Positions 19,508-28,946 of a DNA stretch of 64,000 nt are shown piece by piece. The position numbers were made by a program, and so were the translations under genes. Origin of the DNA: a virus (taxonomy: Duplodnaviria; Caudoviricetes); IMG/VR virus record IMGVR_UViG_3300032307_000180, positions 2,045-66,044 of that record. One strand, written 5' to 3'. Position 1 is the stretch's first letter. Every line of letters begins with the position of its first letter. The notes below the pieces were generated by a model. It ran no database searches and was not told the DNA's origin. It saw nothing but the letters and a program-made list of their open reading frames with translations.

Positions 19508-20232
19508 TGTTCGGAATAACCACCTTTGCTCAGTCACCCTTTGCTGGATTGGGTGGTGCTGCGTACTCGCTTACTGTAGCTGAGTCTTTAACGACCACGG
19601 ATGTTTACCTTGGCCCAGTGGCGTTTGAAGGTCTAGTAGATGACGACATTACACTAGCTGACAGCGATGGTGGTGGTACAAGTTTTGACTTCTTCGTAAA
19701 CAATACCGAAAACTTCTCATGGGACGACAGCTCTTCTGGCGTGGTTGATCTATTGGTATCCCAGGCTGACTCGTTCACATTGACCACGGCAGAAGCGGCT
19801 CAGGTTGACTTTGCACCAATTACTGCTGATACAGCCACATTCACGGACGTATACACAGGCACATTTGATTTCGTTGGTTTAGACGAAGAGACCGCTACAT
19901 TCACAGATGTTTGGGCGGCGCTGGTCAACTTTAACCCAGTCATGGCGGAGTTACTTACATTAACAGAAGCTCAAACAGGTAACGTAGATACCTCGCCAAG
20001 CGTAGCAGAATCGGTTACATTAACTGATGCGGAAATCGGAAATGTAGACTTTGTAGGTGCTTTGGCTGAAACATTAACGCTAACCACTTCTTTATTTGTA
20101 CGTGGCTGGTATAAAATTGATGATGACCAAGTACCAAATTGGGCGCAGATTAACAACACTCAGTCTAGTACATGGACTCAGATTAACGATACTCAAACCC
20201 CAGGGTGGGTAGAAATAGATAACAGGGATTAA
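19507..20232 (+). CDS. Acidic repeat protein (20-aa and 11-aa repeats)
   Basis: MFG..FAQSPFA start; tandem A[DE]xxTLT[DE] repeats; WxxI[DN][DN]xQ tail. Confidence 0.7.
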   Translation: MFGITTFAQSPFAGLGGAAYSLTVAESLTTTDVYLGPVAFEGLVDDDITLADSDGGGTSFDFFVNNTENFSWDDSSSGVVDLLVSQADSFTLTTAEAAQVDFAPITADTATFTDVYTGTFDFVGLDEETATFTDVWAALVNFNPVMAELLTLTEAQTGNVDTSPSVAESVTLTDAEIGNVDFVGALAETLTLTTSLFVRGWYKIDDDQVPNWAQINNTQSSTWTQINDTQTPGWVEIDNRD

Positions 20233-20234
20233 AT

Positions 20235-21014
20235 ATGGCCTCAACTTATTCAACTACTTTACGCCTTGAGCTAATCGGTAACGGTGACCAGTCAGGTACT
20301 TGGGGTGATACAACTAACTCAAACTTAGGTGATTTGATTGAAGCTGCGATTACTAATTCGGTCAATATTACTTTTGCTAACGCCCAGTACACCCTGTCAG
20401 CTAACAACGGCTTGCCAGACGAAGCCCGTAATGCGGTGCTAAACCTCGTTGGCTCTAACTCAGGCCCACAGAACCTAATTGCTCCAGCGGTTGAAAAGAC
20501 GTATATCGTCAAGAACGCCACAGGTGCAGTAGTAACAATCAAAACTTCAGGTGGCGCAGGTGTAGCCATAGCTAACGGCACAACCCGCATCGTATGGTGT
20601 GACGGCACAGACTTCTACACAGCAGCCGCTTCAACGGTCATTGCTACAACAGCCCCAATTAATAACTCCGTGAGTGGCGATACAGTCACAATCAGCATGG
20701 ATAACAGCGGTGTAAACGCTGGTTCATACACATTATCTAACATTACAGTAGACGCTAAAGGTCGTGTAACTACTGCTTCATCTACAACTTTGGGAACAAT
20801 GTCTACCCAAAACGCCAACGCTGTGGCTATTACAGGTGGTAACGCAGTTTTAACAAACGTTACTGCGACTACTGTTGCTCTAGGTGGTGGTTGGACTGTA
20901 ACTGAGTCAGGTGGAACTTTGGTGTTCAGAAGTAGCGGTACAAGCCGTATGCGCTTAGATTCATCAGGCAACTTGACTTTAACAGGTAACGTGACTGCTT
21001 ACGGAACGATCTAA
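20235..21014 (+). CDS. Tail fibre-like protein
   Basis: Motifs MASTYS, SGTWGDTTN.N, ITVDAKGRVT, GNVTAYG. Confidence 0.7.
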   Translation: MASTYSTTLRLELIGNGDQSGTWGDTTNSNLGDLIEAAITNSVNITFANAQYTLSANNGLPDEARNAVLNLVGSNSGPQNLIAPAVEKTYIVKNATGAVVTIKTSGGAGVAIANGTTRIVWCDGTDFYTAAASTVIATTAPINNSVSGDTVTISMDNSGVNAGSYTLSNITVDAKGRVTTASSTTLGTMSTQNANAVAITGGNAVLTNVTATTVALGGGWTVTESGGTLVFRSSGTSRMRLDSSGNLTLTGNVTAYGTI

Positions 21015-21637
21015 TGACTACGCCTAGCGGAACAATATCAATGTCGGACGTAGCCACTGAGCTAAGTGTTACGACAACCGATATTAACTTAAACCAGCAA
21101 AACGTCCGTAGATTAGCAGGTCAGGTCAGCGGTGCGGTTAGCATGCAGAACCTACAGAACAAGACTTGGGTTCTAAACCTGACAGGCACACAGTCTGCTG
21201 GTCGATGCTTCTCAGCTCAGTCTGGGTTCTCTATTGACCGTTACGGTTCAGCTGGCGATATTTTCTTGACTATGGGTGCATGGCCTACAGACCCACCAAA
21301 CTGCCAGACCGTACCTTGGCAATATTTACAATATGGCGGTGCAACAAACGGCTCTAACTACCCACGCTGGACTAACGTTTGGCAGGTTAACTTAAGCTCT
21401 TTAGGGGTTGGTAACAGCACGCAGACCCGTGCGCCAAACTGGCCTTACACATTGGTTGAGTACACCTACATCATTACTCGTAACTCTGTTAACAGCGTTC
21501 AAATCACAATCTACCCTAACGCATGGGGTACAGGTGATACAGGTACATCCATCTCAGTATCAAACTGGTGGAACGGCTTTATAAATGACTTTGGTGGCAC
21601 GACATTAACTTTAACTTGGACAAGTTTGGGATATTAA
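21014..21637 (+). CDS. Fibre tip adhesin-like protein
   Basis: PSGTISMSDV..EL N-terminal attachment module followed by an aromatic-rich variable domain. Confidence 0.55.
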   Translation: MTTPSGTISMSDVATELSVTTTDINLNQQNVRRLAGQVSGAVSMQNLQNKTWVLNLTGTQSAGRCFSAQSGFSIDRYGSAGDIFLTMGAWPTDPPNCQTVPWQYLQYGGATNGSNYPRWTNVWQVNLSSLGVGNSTQTRAPNWPYTLVEYTYIITRNSVNSVQITIYPNAWGTGDTGTSISVSNWWNGFINDFGGTTLTLTWTSLGY

Positions 21638-21841
21638 ATGAGTAATACTTTTGCCGATTGCCACTGCGATAACGAAGCCAAAGTCTTGTATGACATGTAC
21701 AAGGTACAGAACAACCTAAAAGATGGCGAGTGGGACACCCCTGTGTGCTGCCGTAGTGAGCAGGCTCGCATGGTTATATCAGGTAAGACCCTAACTCTTT
21801 ATTACACAGACGGAACAGTGTCTACTTATACAGAGGCGTAA
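21638..21841 (+). CDS. Hypothetical protein
   Basis: Fills the gap between its neighbours exactly. Confidence 0.6.
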   Translation: MSNTFADCHCDNEAKVLYDMYKVQNNLKDGEWDTPVCCRSEQARMVISGKTLTLYYTDGTVSTYTEA

Positions 21842-22333
21842 ATGGTTCGTATAGCCCAATTAACTTGTTGGTTTGTAGGTGGCATCATTCTTGGCGGATT
21901 GATTGCTGCTTCAATGGCACAAGACACAACCATTAATTACCGTGGGCAGCCTCCAGCAGCAGCTATGGCGCCTAGCATTTCTTCATTTAGTCAAGATAAC
22001 TGCTTAGTTGCGGTATCTGGCGCCGTTAGTTCTACAGTATTTGGCTTCTCTGGCGGTTCTTATAAGATGGATGAAGACTGCTCTAGTCGTAAGTGGGCTA
22101 CATTCTTAGCCAATCAAGGTCTTAAAGTAGCAGCCGTGGCTGTTGCATGTCAGGCGAAAGAAGAAAATTGGCAAGCAATGATGTTGTCAGGAACCCCCTG
22201 CCCCATCGACGGTCTCATTGGTGACGCAGCTCGCAATGAGTGGATTAAACGCTATCCTGAAAAGTTTGTGAAATTATATGGTTCGGTTCCTCCTCTTGTT
22301 GACCTTGCTGCTAATAAGCCCGATAAGGAGTAG
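21842..22333 (+). CDS. Exported protein with Cys residues
   Basis: Signal-peptide-like N-terminus (SMA|Q); four Cys in the mature part. Confidence 0.65.
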   Translation: MVRIAQLTCWFVGGIILGGLIAASMAQDTTINYRGQPPAAAMAPSISSFSQDNCLVAVSGAVSSTVFGFSGGSYKMDEDCSSRKWATFLANQGLKVAAVAVACQAKEENWQAMMLSGTPCPIDGLIGDAARNEWIKRYPEKFVKLYGSVPPLVDLAANKPDKE

Positions 22334-23270
22334 TTATGCGCAAAATAATGCGTGCTATTGCACGACTCCTTGGATTCCAAACTCAATCTACGGAAACTCC
22401 TGTACAGCCAACGCCAACTGCTGGGCCTGCGCCCCAGGTGCGTACCCGCAAAGCTGGCAGCAAGCCTTCTGCCCCAACTACCAAGCCCCGCAAGTCCAAG
22501 TCTGTAACAGCGAAACCCAGTTCCAAACCCAAAGCTGCCCAGCAAACTACAGCGGCGTCATCACGCAAAGCAAAACCAAAATCTGCCCCAGCGGTACGTG
22601 GACAGAGTGGCAAACAGTCAGCAACACCTGCACGCCGAACCCGCCAACATGCCAAGTAAGCAGTCAACAGCAAACTCTTCAATGCCAGACCGGTTATACG
22701 GGGAGCATTACCCAGACTCGTTCCTCGACGTGTCCGAATCCGTACGGAAGCCCACAGTGGCAACCTTGGGTGACTACATCAGACACTTGCAAGAAGTCGA
22801 TAAACAATCCGACAAACCCTGTGTCGCCTGTGAGCCCCTTGAGTCCGGCTTCGACCACATCTGCCCCAACAATCCAATCCTCACCTGTAACTGCACCGAC
22901 CCCAAATACTGTGCCGAACTCGGAAACGACCCCGACCGCCAGTACAGAGACATCTCAGACGCAGACGCAGACGCAGACGGAAACGAAGACAGATGCCCAG
23001 ACCACGACGGGTTCTCAGACAACATCGACTACACAGGCATCCCCTACCCCAGCACCAAAGGGGAAAGTGCAGTCAGTGGTTGGCCTTGTGTTGTCGTTGG
23101 AGCTGTTTGTGAAACCTGGACTACAGCAACCGAACGTATTCTCCGAACCACAGCTAGTGGGTGGGATACCAAACAACATACTGATGCAGGACTCAATAAT
23201 GATGGACCTGCTGCAACAACCAAGCTATAACCAACCTTTTGACGCACCAGACTTAGGATTTGAGCAATGA
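22278..23270 (+). CDS. Exported Cys-rich repeat protein with P/S/T-rich linker
   Basis: Signal peptide (SYA|Q), two C-x8..9-C-xxxYxGxITQ-x4-CP-..W..W....TC repeats, and an ATGA overlap with the next gene. Confidence 0.65.
   Translation: MVRFLLLLTLLLISPIRSSYAQNNACYCTTPWIPNSIYGNSCTANANCWACAPGAYPQSWQQAFCPNYQAPQVQVCNSETQFQTQSCPANYSGVITQSKTKICPSGTWTEWQTVSNTCTPNPPTCQVSSQQQTLQCQTGYTGSITQTRSSTCPNPYGSPQWQPWVTTSDTCKKSINNPTNPVSPVSPLSPASTTSAPTIQSSPVTAPTPNTVPNSETTPTASTETSQTQTQTQTETKTDAQTTTGSQTTSTTQASPTPAPKGKVQSVVGLVLSLELFVKPGLQQPNVFSEPQLVGGIPNNILMQDSIMMDLLQQPSYNQPFDAPDLGFEQ
22336..22659 (+). CDS. Possible overprinted basic K/R/P/A-rich protein
   Basis: TAAGGAG 5 nt before the ATG, right after the stop of 21842..22333; nested in another frame of 22278..23270. 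Confidence 0.45.
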   Translation: MRKIMRAIARLLGFQTQSTETPVQPTPTAGPAPQVRTRKAGSKPSAPTTKPRKSKSVTAKPSSKPKAAQQTTAASSRKAKPKSAPAVRGQSGKQSATPARRTRQHAK

Positions 23271-23719
23271 GCGATTTAGAAAAATTAGATAAGGTACAAG
23301 GCTTCGTAGAGAAGTGGGTAACTTGGGCCAAGCAGAACACCATGGTGGCTGGCTTTATTATTGCTGGCGTACCTGCCATATTGGGTGCTGGTTATACAGG
23401 CATTACCAAGTTCAACGAAGTCAAAGAGATGTATGAAGGCTACAGTGACACGGCATCATCTGCATCAAGCGCAGAACGCAAGGTTAAGATACTAGAAGAG
23501 AAGGTAGCTGACCAACGTGAAGTAATTGCCAAGATGCAAGAGCGTTTGGCTGAGGCTTTGATGGCTGCTCGTGAAGCTAAGATTGTTGCAGAAAGCACAC
23601 AGAAAGAACTCCGTTCTGGCTTAGCCGCACAAAAAGTTGAGCTAGATGTGACAAGTTCTACTCTACGCTCTGAAATGAACACACTAAAACGTGCCACGAC
23701 GAATAGACTCGGAAACTAA
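23267..23719 (+). CDS. Membrane-anchored coiled-coil protein
   Basis: One TM helix followed by a long heptad helix; lies upstream of the holin. Confidence 0.65.
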   Translation: MSDLEKLDKVQGFVEKWVTWAKQNTMVAGFIIAGVPAILGAGYTGITKFNEVKEMYEGYSDTASSASSAERKVKILEEKVADQREVIAKMQERLAEALMAAREAKIVAESTQKELRSGLAAQKVELDVTSSTLRSEMNTLKRATTNRLGN

Positions 23720-23731
23720 AAAGGAATAAAT

Positions 23732-24235
23732 ATGTTATCGCTAATTTCAACACTAGGCGGCTTGCTAATCTCAGGCTTACCGAAGCTATTAGAGTATTTC
23801 CAAGATAAGGCAGACAAGAAACACGAGCTAGAACTAGCTAAGATGCAGACTGAGCGTGAGCTACAGATGATGGAGCGTGGCTTTGCTGCACAAGCCAAAG
23901 TGGAAGAGATTCGCACTGACCAAGTGATGATGCAGACAGACGCGGATATGACCAAGGCGGCTTATGAGCATGATGCTAAGGTGTTGGCTAAGGCGGCTCC
24001 ATGGGCTTCTACATTTGTGGCTACTGTGCGCCCGATGGTAACTTATCTGTTTGTGGCTGAGTTATTCGTGATTAACGTAGGTATTGGTGTGTATGTGTTT
24101 ATGCACCCTGGCATTATTAATAACATTGATGATTTGCTTAAAATTGCTAACGAAATTTTTAGTGACGATGAAATGGCTATGCTCGGTGCCATTATTGGTT
24201 TCTGGTTTGGTTCACGTGGTTGGAATAAAAAGTGA
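23732..24235 (+). CDS. Putative holin (3TM GTA-holin-like)
   Basis: DKKHEL, VRPMVTY, TM helices, IIGFWFGSR; directly before the lysozyme. Confidence 0.7.
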   Translation: MLSLISTLGGLLISGLPKLLEYFQDKADKKHELELAKMQTERELQMMERGFAAQAKVEEIRTDQVMMQTDADMTKAAYEHDAKVLAKAAPWASTFVATVRPMVTYLFVAELFVINVGIGVYVFMHPGIINNIDDLLKIANEIFSDDEMAMLGAIIGFWFGSRGWNKK

Positions 24236-24708
24236 AAGTAAGCGACAAGCTTATTGAGATGGTGAAACACGATGAAGGTGTTAGAACGTCTCCTTACCAA
24301 TGCCCCGCTTTGTTATGGACCGTGGGCGTCGGCCATGTTATTGACCCCGCTCATGCTAGAGTACCGCTGGCTAATCGAAAGGAACTACCTATTCCTGAAG
24401 GTTGGAATCGCGTTCTAAGTATGGATGAAGTTAACAGTATCCTTAAACAAGACCTAACCCGCTTTGAGGCAGGTGTTCATCGCCTATGTCCAGGTGAGAT
24501 GACTCAAGGGCAGTTTGATGCCTTGGTTAGTTTTTCATTTAATGTGGGTCTTGGTAACTTGCAGAACAGTACCCTGCGTATGAAGCACAACCGCAAAGAT
24601 TTTGAAGGTGCAGCCGAAGAGTTCTTGAAGTGGAACAAAGCTGGTGGTAAAGTGCTAAAAGGGTTAGATAAACGTCGCAGAGGCGAAAAAGCCTTATACG
24701 AATCTTAG
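24232..24708 (+). CDS. Endolysin, GH24 lysozyme
   Basis: EG-x5-Y.CPA..WTVGVGH, QGQFDALVSFSFNVG, KWNKAGGKVLKGL..RR..E. Confidence 0.95.
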   Translation: MKVSDKLIEMVKHDEGVRTSPYQCPALLWTVGVGHVIDPAHARVPLANRKELPIPEGWNRVLSMDEVNSILKQDLTRFEAGVHRLCPGEMTQGQFDALVSFSFNVGLGNLQNSTLRMKHNRKDFEGAAEEFLKWNKAGGKVLKGLDKRRRGEKALYES

Positions 24709-24716
24709 GGTAAACC

Positions 24717-26612
24717 ATGCCATTACAGAAATTAGTATTCCGACCAGGAGTCAATAAAGAGAACACTAACTACTCTGGTGAGGGTGGTTGGTATGAGTGC
24801 GACAAAGTTCGATTCCGTTCAGGCTTCCCAGAAAAAATTGGTGGCTGGACACGCTACTCAAACAATCAATTTTTAGGTGTTTGTCGTTCATTGAACCAGT
24901 GGACTACACTGGCTGGCGAATCTCTTATTGGCTTAGGAACAAACTCAAAGTTCTATATTGAAAAGGGCGGTGCTTATTTTGACATCACCCCAATCTATGA
25001 CACCACGGTCAATGCTTCTACAGCAACATCTGGGCCGTTCTTTGCCTCAAATGGTAGCGCAACTTTAACTGTTGTAGATGCTACTTATAACCCAGAGCTT
25101 GGTGACTACGTTATATTTTCAGGTTCCGCTAACTTAGGCGGTAACGTTACCAGCACGGTCATCAATACTGAATACGAAGTAAGTTCGGTCATTAACTCTA
25201 CAGCGTACACTGTAACAATCCCAGTTACTGCAAATGCAAGTGATACGGGTCATGGTGGCAATGCCGTAACAATTACTTACCTATACCCATCAGGTCTAAA
25301 TACTTACACATTCGGCTTAGGCTGGGGTGCGGGTCCATGGTCTCGTGGTGGTTGGGGTTCAGCAGCAAGTATTGGTATTGGCCAGCAGTTGCGTATTTGG
25401 ACTCAAGATAACTTTGGTGAAGACCTTATATACGCCCCTCGTGGCGGTGAGATTTTCTATTGGGATGCTTCAACTGGTGTCAATGCCCGTGGTATCTCTC
25501 TTGAGGCAGCTGCGAATGCCGCAGCTTTTTCAGGTCAATTTGTTCCTAACCAGACTTATCAGATTATTTCATCAACCGTACAGCGTTTTTGTATTGCTTT
25601 TGGTGCTAACTCATACGACCCTACAAACGCCAACACGCCTTTTGACCCGTTATTGGTTCGCTGGTCTGACCAAGAAAACCCATTTGACTGGGTGCCGGCA
25701 GCTACTAACCAGTCTGGTGAGCAACGCTTATCTATTGGGTCTCAAATTATTCAAGCTGTTAATACCCGTCAAGAGATTCTTGTAATTACTGATGCAGCGA
25801 TTTACTCAATGCAGTATCTAGGGCCACCTTATGTTTATGGCTTCCAGTTATTGCAAGACAACATATCCATCATGGGTCCAAAAGCGGCAATTACAGTTAA
25901 TAACGTGACTTACTGGATGGGTTCGGATAAGTTCTTCATGTACTCTGGTCGTGTGGAAACTTTACCTTGCTCAGTACGTCAGTTTATTTTCCAAAACTTA
26001 AACAAAGACCAGGCTTATCAAGTATTTGCTGCTTCTAACGAGCAGTATTCTGAGATTTGGTGGTTCTATTGTTCAACCAATTCAACGGTTGTTGACAGCT
26101 ATGTTGTGTATAACTACCTAGACCGTGTGTGGTATTACGGCACTATGGGTCGCACAGCATGGCTTGATTCAGGTGTTTTGCAGTATCCAATTGCAGCTGA
26201 CTATAACCGCCGTCTGTTGAACCATGAAGATGGCAACGATGATGTATCTGGACCTAGTGCTACAGCAATTAATGCTTACATCCAGTCATCTGACTTTGAC
26301 ATCGGTGACGGGCATAACTTTGGTTTTGTATGGCGCATCTTGCCTGACGTAACCTTTGCTGGATCTACAGTGCAGAATCCAAGATGCACAATGGTCGTTA
26401 AGCCAAGAACTAACGCTGGTACAGCCTATGGCACACCAAACGACAAGACGGTAGAACGTACGGTAGCCGTTCCTGTGGAGCAGTTTACAGGTCAGGTCTA
26501 TACCCGCATTCGTGGTCGTCAGATGGCGTTCCGTATTGAGTCTGCTGATATAGGTGCATCATGGCAGTTGGGTAGCCCACGTATTGATATTAGGCCAGAT
26601 GGAAGAAGATAA
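24717..26612 (+). CDS. Tail tubular protein B / head-closure nozzle-like
   Basis: 631-aa beta-propeller-like protein with RWSDQE and an inserted domain; precedes the ejection genes. Confidence 0.65.
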   Translation: MPLQKLVFRPGVNKENTNYSGEGGWYECDKVRFRSGFPEKIGGWTRYSNNQFLGVCRSLNQWTTLAGESLIGLGTNSKFYIEKGGAYFDITPIYDTTVNASTATSGPFFASNGSATLTVVDATYNPELGDYVIFSGSANLGGNVTSTVINTEYEVSSVINSTAYTVTIPVTANASDTGHGGNAVTITYLYPSGLNTYTFGLGWGAGPWSRGGWGSAASIGIGQQLRIWTQDNFGEDLIYAPRGGEIFYWDASTGVNARGISLEAAANAAAFSGQFVPNQTYQIISSTVQRFCIAFGANSYDPTNANTPFDPLLVRWSDQENPFDWVPAATNQSGEQRLSIGSQIIQAVNTRQEILVITDAAIYSMQYLGPPYVYGFQLLQDNISIMGPKAAITVNNVTYWMGSDKFFMYSGRVETLPCSVRQFIFQNLNKDQAYQVFAASNEQYSEIWWFYCSTNSTVVDSYVVYNYLDRVWYYGTMGRTAWLDSGVLQYPIAADYNRRLLNHEDGNDDVSGPSATAINAYIQSSDFDIGDGHNFGFVWRILPDVTFAGSTVQNPRCTMVVKPRTNAGTAYGTPNDKTVERTVAVPVEQFTGQVYTRIRGRQMAFRIESADIGASWQLGSPRIDIRPDGRR

Positions 26613-27487
26613 TGGCTACTGAGTACAAAACTGGCGCACTGATACCGCCAAAGGCCCCCAACCTCCTCATTGCTCCACCAACTGAGTATGAAGCACGGTA
26701 TCAGGAACAGTTAAATGCCGCCTTACGTTTGTACTTTAATACGATTGATAACTTCTCCCAGCAGTTCAGTAGTAACTCTGGCGGTTCTTATTTAAAGTTT
26801 CCTAACGGTGCGTTTCATCAAGACGGCTACACAACTTTAACCAATGCCATACCAAACGGCAGTTCAACTGCGACTATTGTTGTTGCATCTACCGCTATGT
26901 TTGCATCAGCTGGTACGATTCTGATTGGTAAAGAATTAATTTCTTATACAGGTAAAACAGCAACCACGTTTACGGGTATTACCCGTTCTGAATATGGTTC
27001 AACAGGCGCTTCCCATGCTGCTGGTGTTTATGTGACTGAGGCACAAGCAGTGCCATCTGCAACAACAGCATTAGCTGTTCCATTTGATTCAACAGATACT
27101 AGCAATCAAGTAAGTATAGATGCAACAGATAACAGTAAGATTGTTTTTGACATTCCAGGCTACTACAACATCCAGTTTAGCGCTCAACTTTTAAACCCCA
27201 GAAGCTCAATAGATAACGTGGTTTTTTGGTTTAGGAAAAACGAGGAAGATATTGCCTATAGTGCTGGCGTTTCTACAGTTCCAACAGGACCTAGCGCTAC
27301 TTTAGGCGCAACAATAACTGCTTGGAACATAGTAGTACCTGTAAATGCTGGAGATAATATTCAGCTAATGATGCACTCAACTTCTGGGGATACAGTAATT
27401 GGCACATATCCGCCAGGAACAGCCCCTGTACACCCAGTTTCACCTTCAGTTATTTTAACTGCAACGTTTGTATCGGCGCTTTACTAA
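26612..27487 (+). CDS. Putative tail protein with inserted beta domain and C1q-like C-terminus
   Basis: LRLYFN helix, PGYYNIQFSAQL, PSVILT. Confidence 0.55.
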   Translation: MATEYKTGALIPPKAPNLLIAPPTEYEARYQEQLNAALRLYFNTIDNFSQQFSSNSGGSYLKFPNGAFHQDGYTTLTNAIPNGSSTATIVVASTAMFASAGTILIGKELISYTGKTATTFTGITRSEYGSTGASHAAGVYVTEAQAVPSATTALAVPFDSTDTSNQVSIDATDNSKIVFDIPGYYNIQFSAQLLNPRSSIDNVVFWFRKNEEDIAYSAGVSTVPTGPSATLGATITAWNIVVPVNAGDNIQLMMHSTSGDTVIGTYPPGTAPVHPVSPSVILTATFVSALY

Positions 27488-27524
27488 TGATAAACTTCAA
27501 CATAATTAACCCAGCGAGGCAGCA

Positions 27525-28946
27525 ATGAGCCAACAACTAGCTAACCACCTTAAATCCTATGGTAGAAACGGGGATACTGAACTCGTTCACATGACCAAAG
27601 GTGAGATTAAAGGTCTTCAAGATTTGGCTATGGCGCATGGTGGCTCGCTAACTATTAACCCTGATACGGGTCTAGCCGAAGCTGGCTTCCTTAAAAACAT
27701 CCTCCCTGCTATTGCTGGCGCTGGTCTTATGATGATTCCAGGTATGCAGACTGTCGGTGCTGGCTGGATTGGTGCTGGTATTGGTGCTTTAGAAGCTGCC
27801 CGTACAGGTGATATTGGTAGAGGTTTGATGGCTGGTCTTGGTGCTTATGGTGGTGCAGGCTTGGCTGGTGGTCTAATGGGTACGGCGGCTGGTGCAGCGG
27901 CTCCTACAGGTACAGGCATATCTACGGCAGGTGGCGCAGGTGCTGGCACTTCAGTTACTCCTACAGCTACAGGCGGTTTGAACGCGGCTCCAAGCAGTAT
28001 TGGTAGTTTAAGCCCTACAGCTACAGGTGGTGCAGCTGGAATAACAGCCCCGACTAGCGCTCTTAGCTATACACCTTCAGCAGCTACACCTGGTATGGCT
28101 GGTTCTCAGATTGCTAAATACGGCATGTCCGCTTTAGCCCCAGCTATTGCAGATGCAACGGCACCAAAACCAATTGAGGCTATTACCCCAGAAAAGTCAT
28201 CAGGTAAATATCTATCTGGTGATTTCCAAGCATACGTACCACAACGCCCAGACCCATATTACAGACCACTTGGTTTGGGGTATGCAGCTGAAGGTGGTGT
28301 AATGCCTGACGATTTAAGTTATGCCAACGGCGGTATGATTGACCCAATGCAGAGAATGCCTAACGGTGGTTTAGCAGCTCTTCAAGGTATGCGTGATGGT
28401 TATGGCGCACCTCAAACAACAGATGGCAACATGCCCCAATTTAGTGGTGGCGGTAGAACTTTAAGCCCAAAAGAAGTAGAAATAAAAAGTGGTATTTTTA
28501 AAGACACAAACCCAAATACCGCCAACCTTGGCGCAGCTGAAGCCGCAGAATATTATGTAAAAAACGCTGCTAAAAAGAACAAGGTTCCCTACACAAAGAT
28601 GCCAAAGACCAGTGTTGAAAGTTTAGGCGAAATTGAAGTTGGTCCAGTAAAACGAGCTGCTATGGGTGGCTCAATCGGAGGCTATTCAGATGGTGGAAGA
28701 ATGCTTAAAGGTCCTGGCGATGGGATGTCTGATAGCATCCCCGGTGTTATTGGTAACAAGCAACCCGCAAGGTTGGCTGACGGTGAGTTCGTTGTACCTG
28801 CTGATGTTGTGTCGCATCTTGGGAATGGTAGTACTGATGCTGGCGCTAAACGGTTATATGCAATGATGGACAAAGTCCGTAAAGCCCGCACTGGTACTAA
28901 GAAACAAGGTAAGCAAATCAAACCTGAAAAATATATGCCAGCATGA
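27525..28946 (+). CDS. Putative DNA ejection/internal virion protein
   Basis: GRNGDT.LVH, INP.TGL.E, G/A-rich hydrophobic stretch, GPGDGMSDSIP...LADGEFVVPA. Confidence 0.65.
   Translation: MSQQLANHLKSYGRNGDTELVHMTKGEIKGLQDLAMAHGGSLTINPDTGLAEAGFLKNILPAIAGAGLMMIPGMQTVGAGWIGAGIGALEAARTGDIGRGLMAGLGAYGGAGLAGGLMGTAAGAAAPTGTGISTAGGAGAGTSVTPTATGGLNAAPSSIGSLSPTATGGAAGITAPTSALSYTPSAATPGMAGSQIAKYGMSALAPAIADATAPKPIEAITPEKSSGKYLSGDFQAYVPQRPDPYYRPLGLGYAAEGGVMPDDLSYANGGMIDPMQRMPNGGLAALQGMRDGYGAPQTTDGNMPQFSGGGRTLSPKEVEIKSGIFKDTNPNTANLGAAEAAEYYVKNAAKKNKVPYTKMPKTSVESLGEIEVGPVKRAAMGGSIGGYSDGGRMLKGPGDGMSDSIPGVIGNKQPARLADGEFVVPADVVSHLGNGSTDAGAKRLYAMMDKVRKARTGTKKQGKQIKPEKYMPA

Noticed and set aside
22955-22980. 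CAGACG hexamer microsatellite as a phase-variation switch
   Set aside because: Only about four units, and a unit length of 6 preserves all reading frames. It encodes a QT linker.
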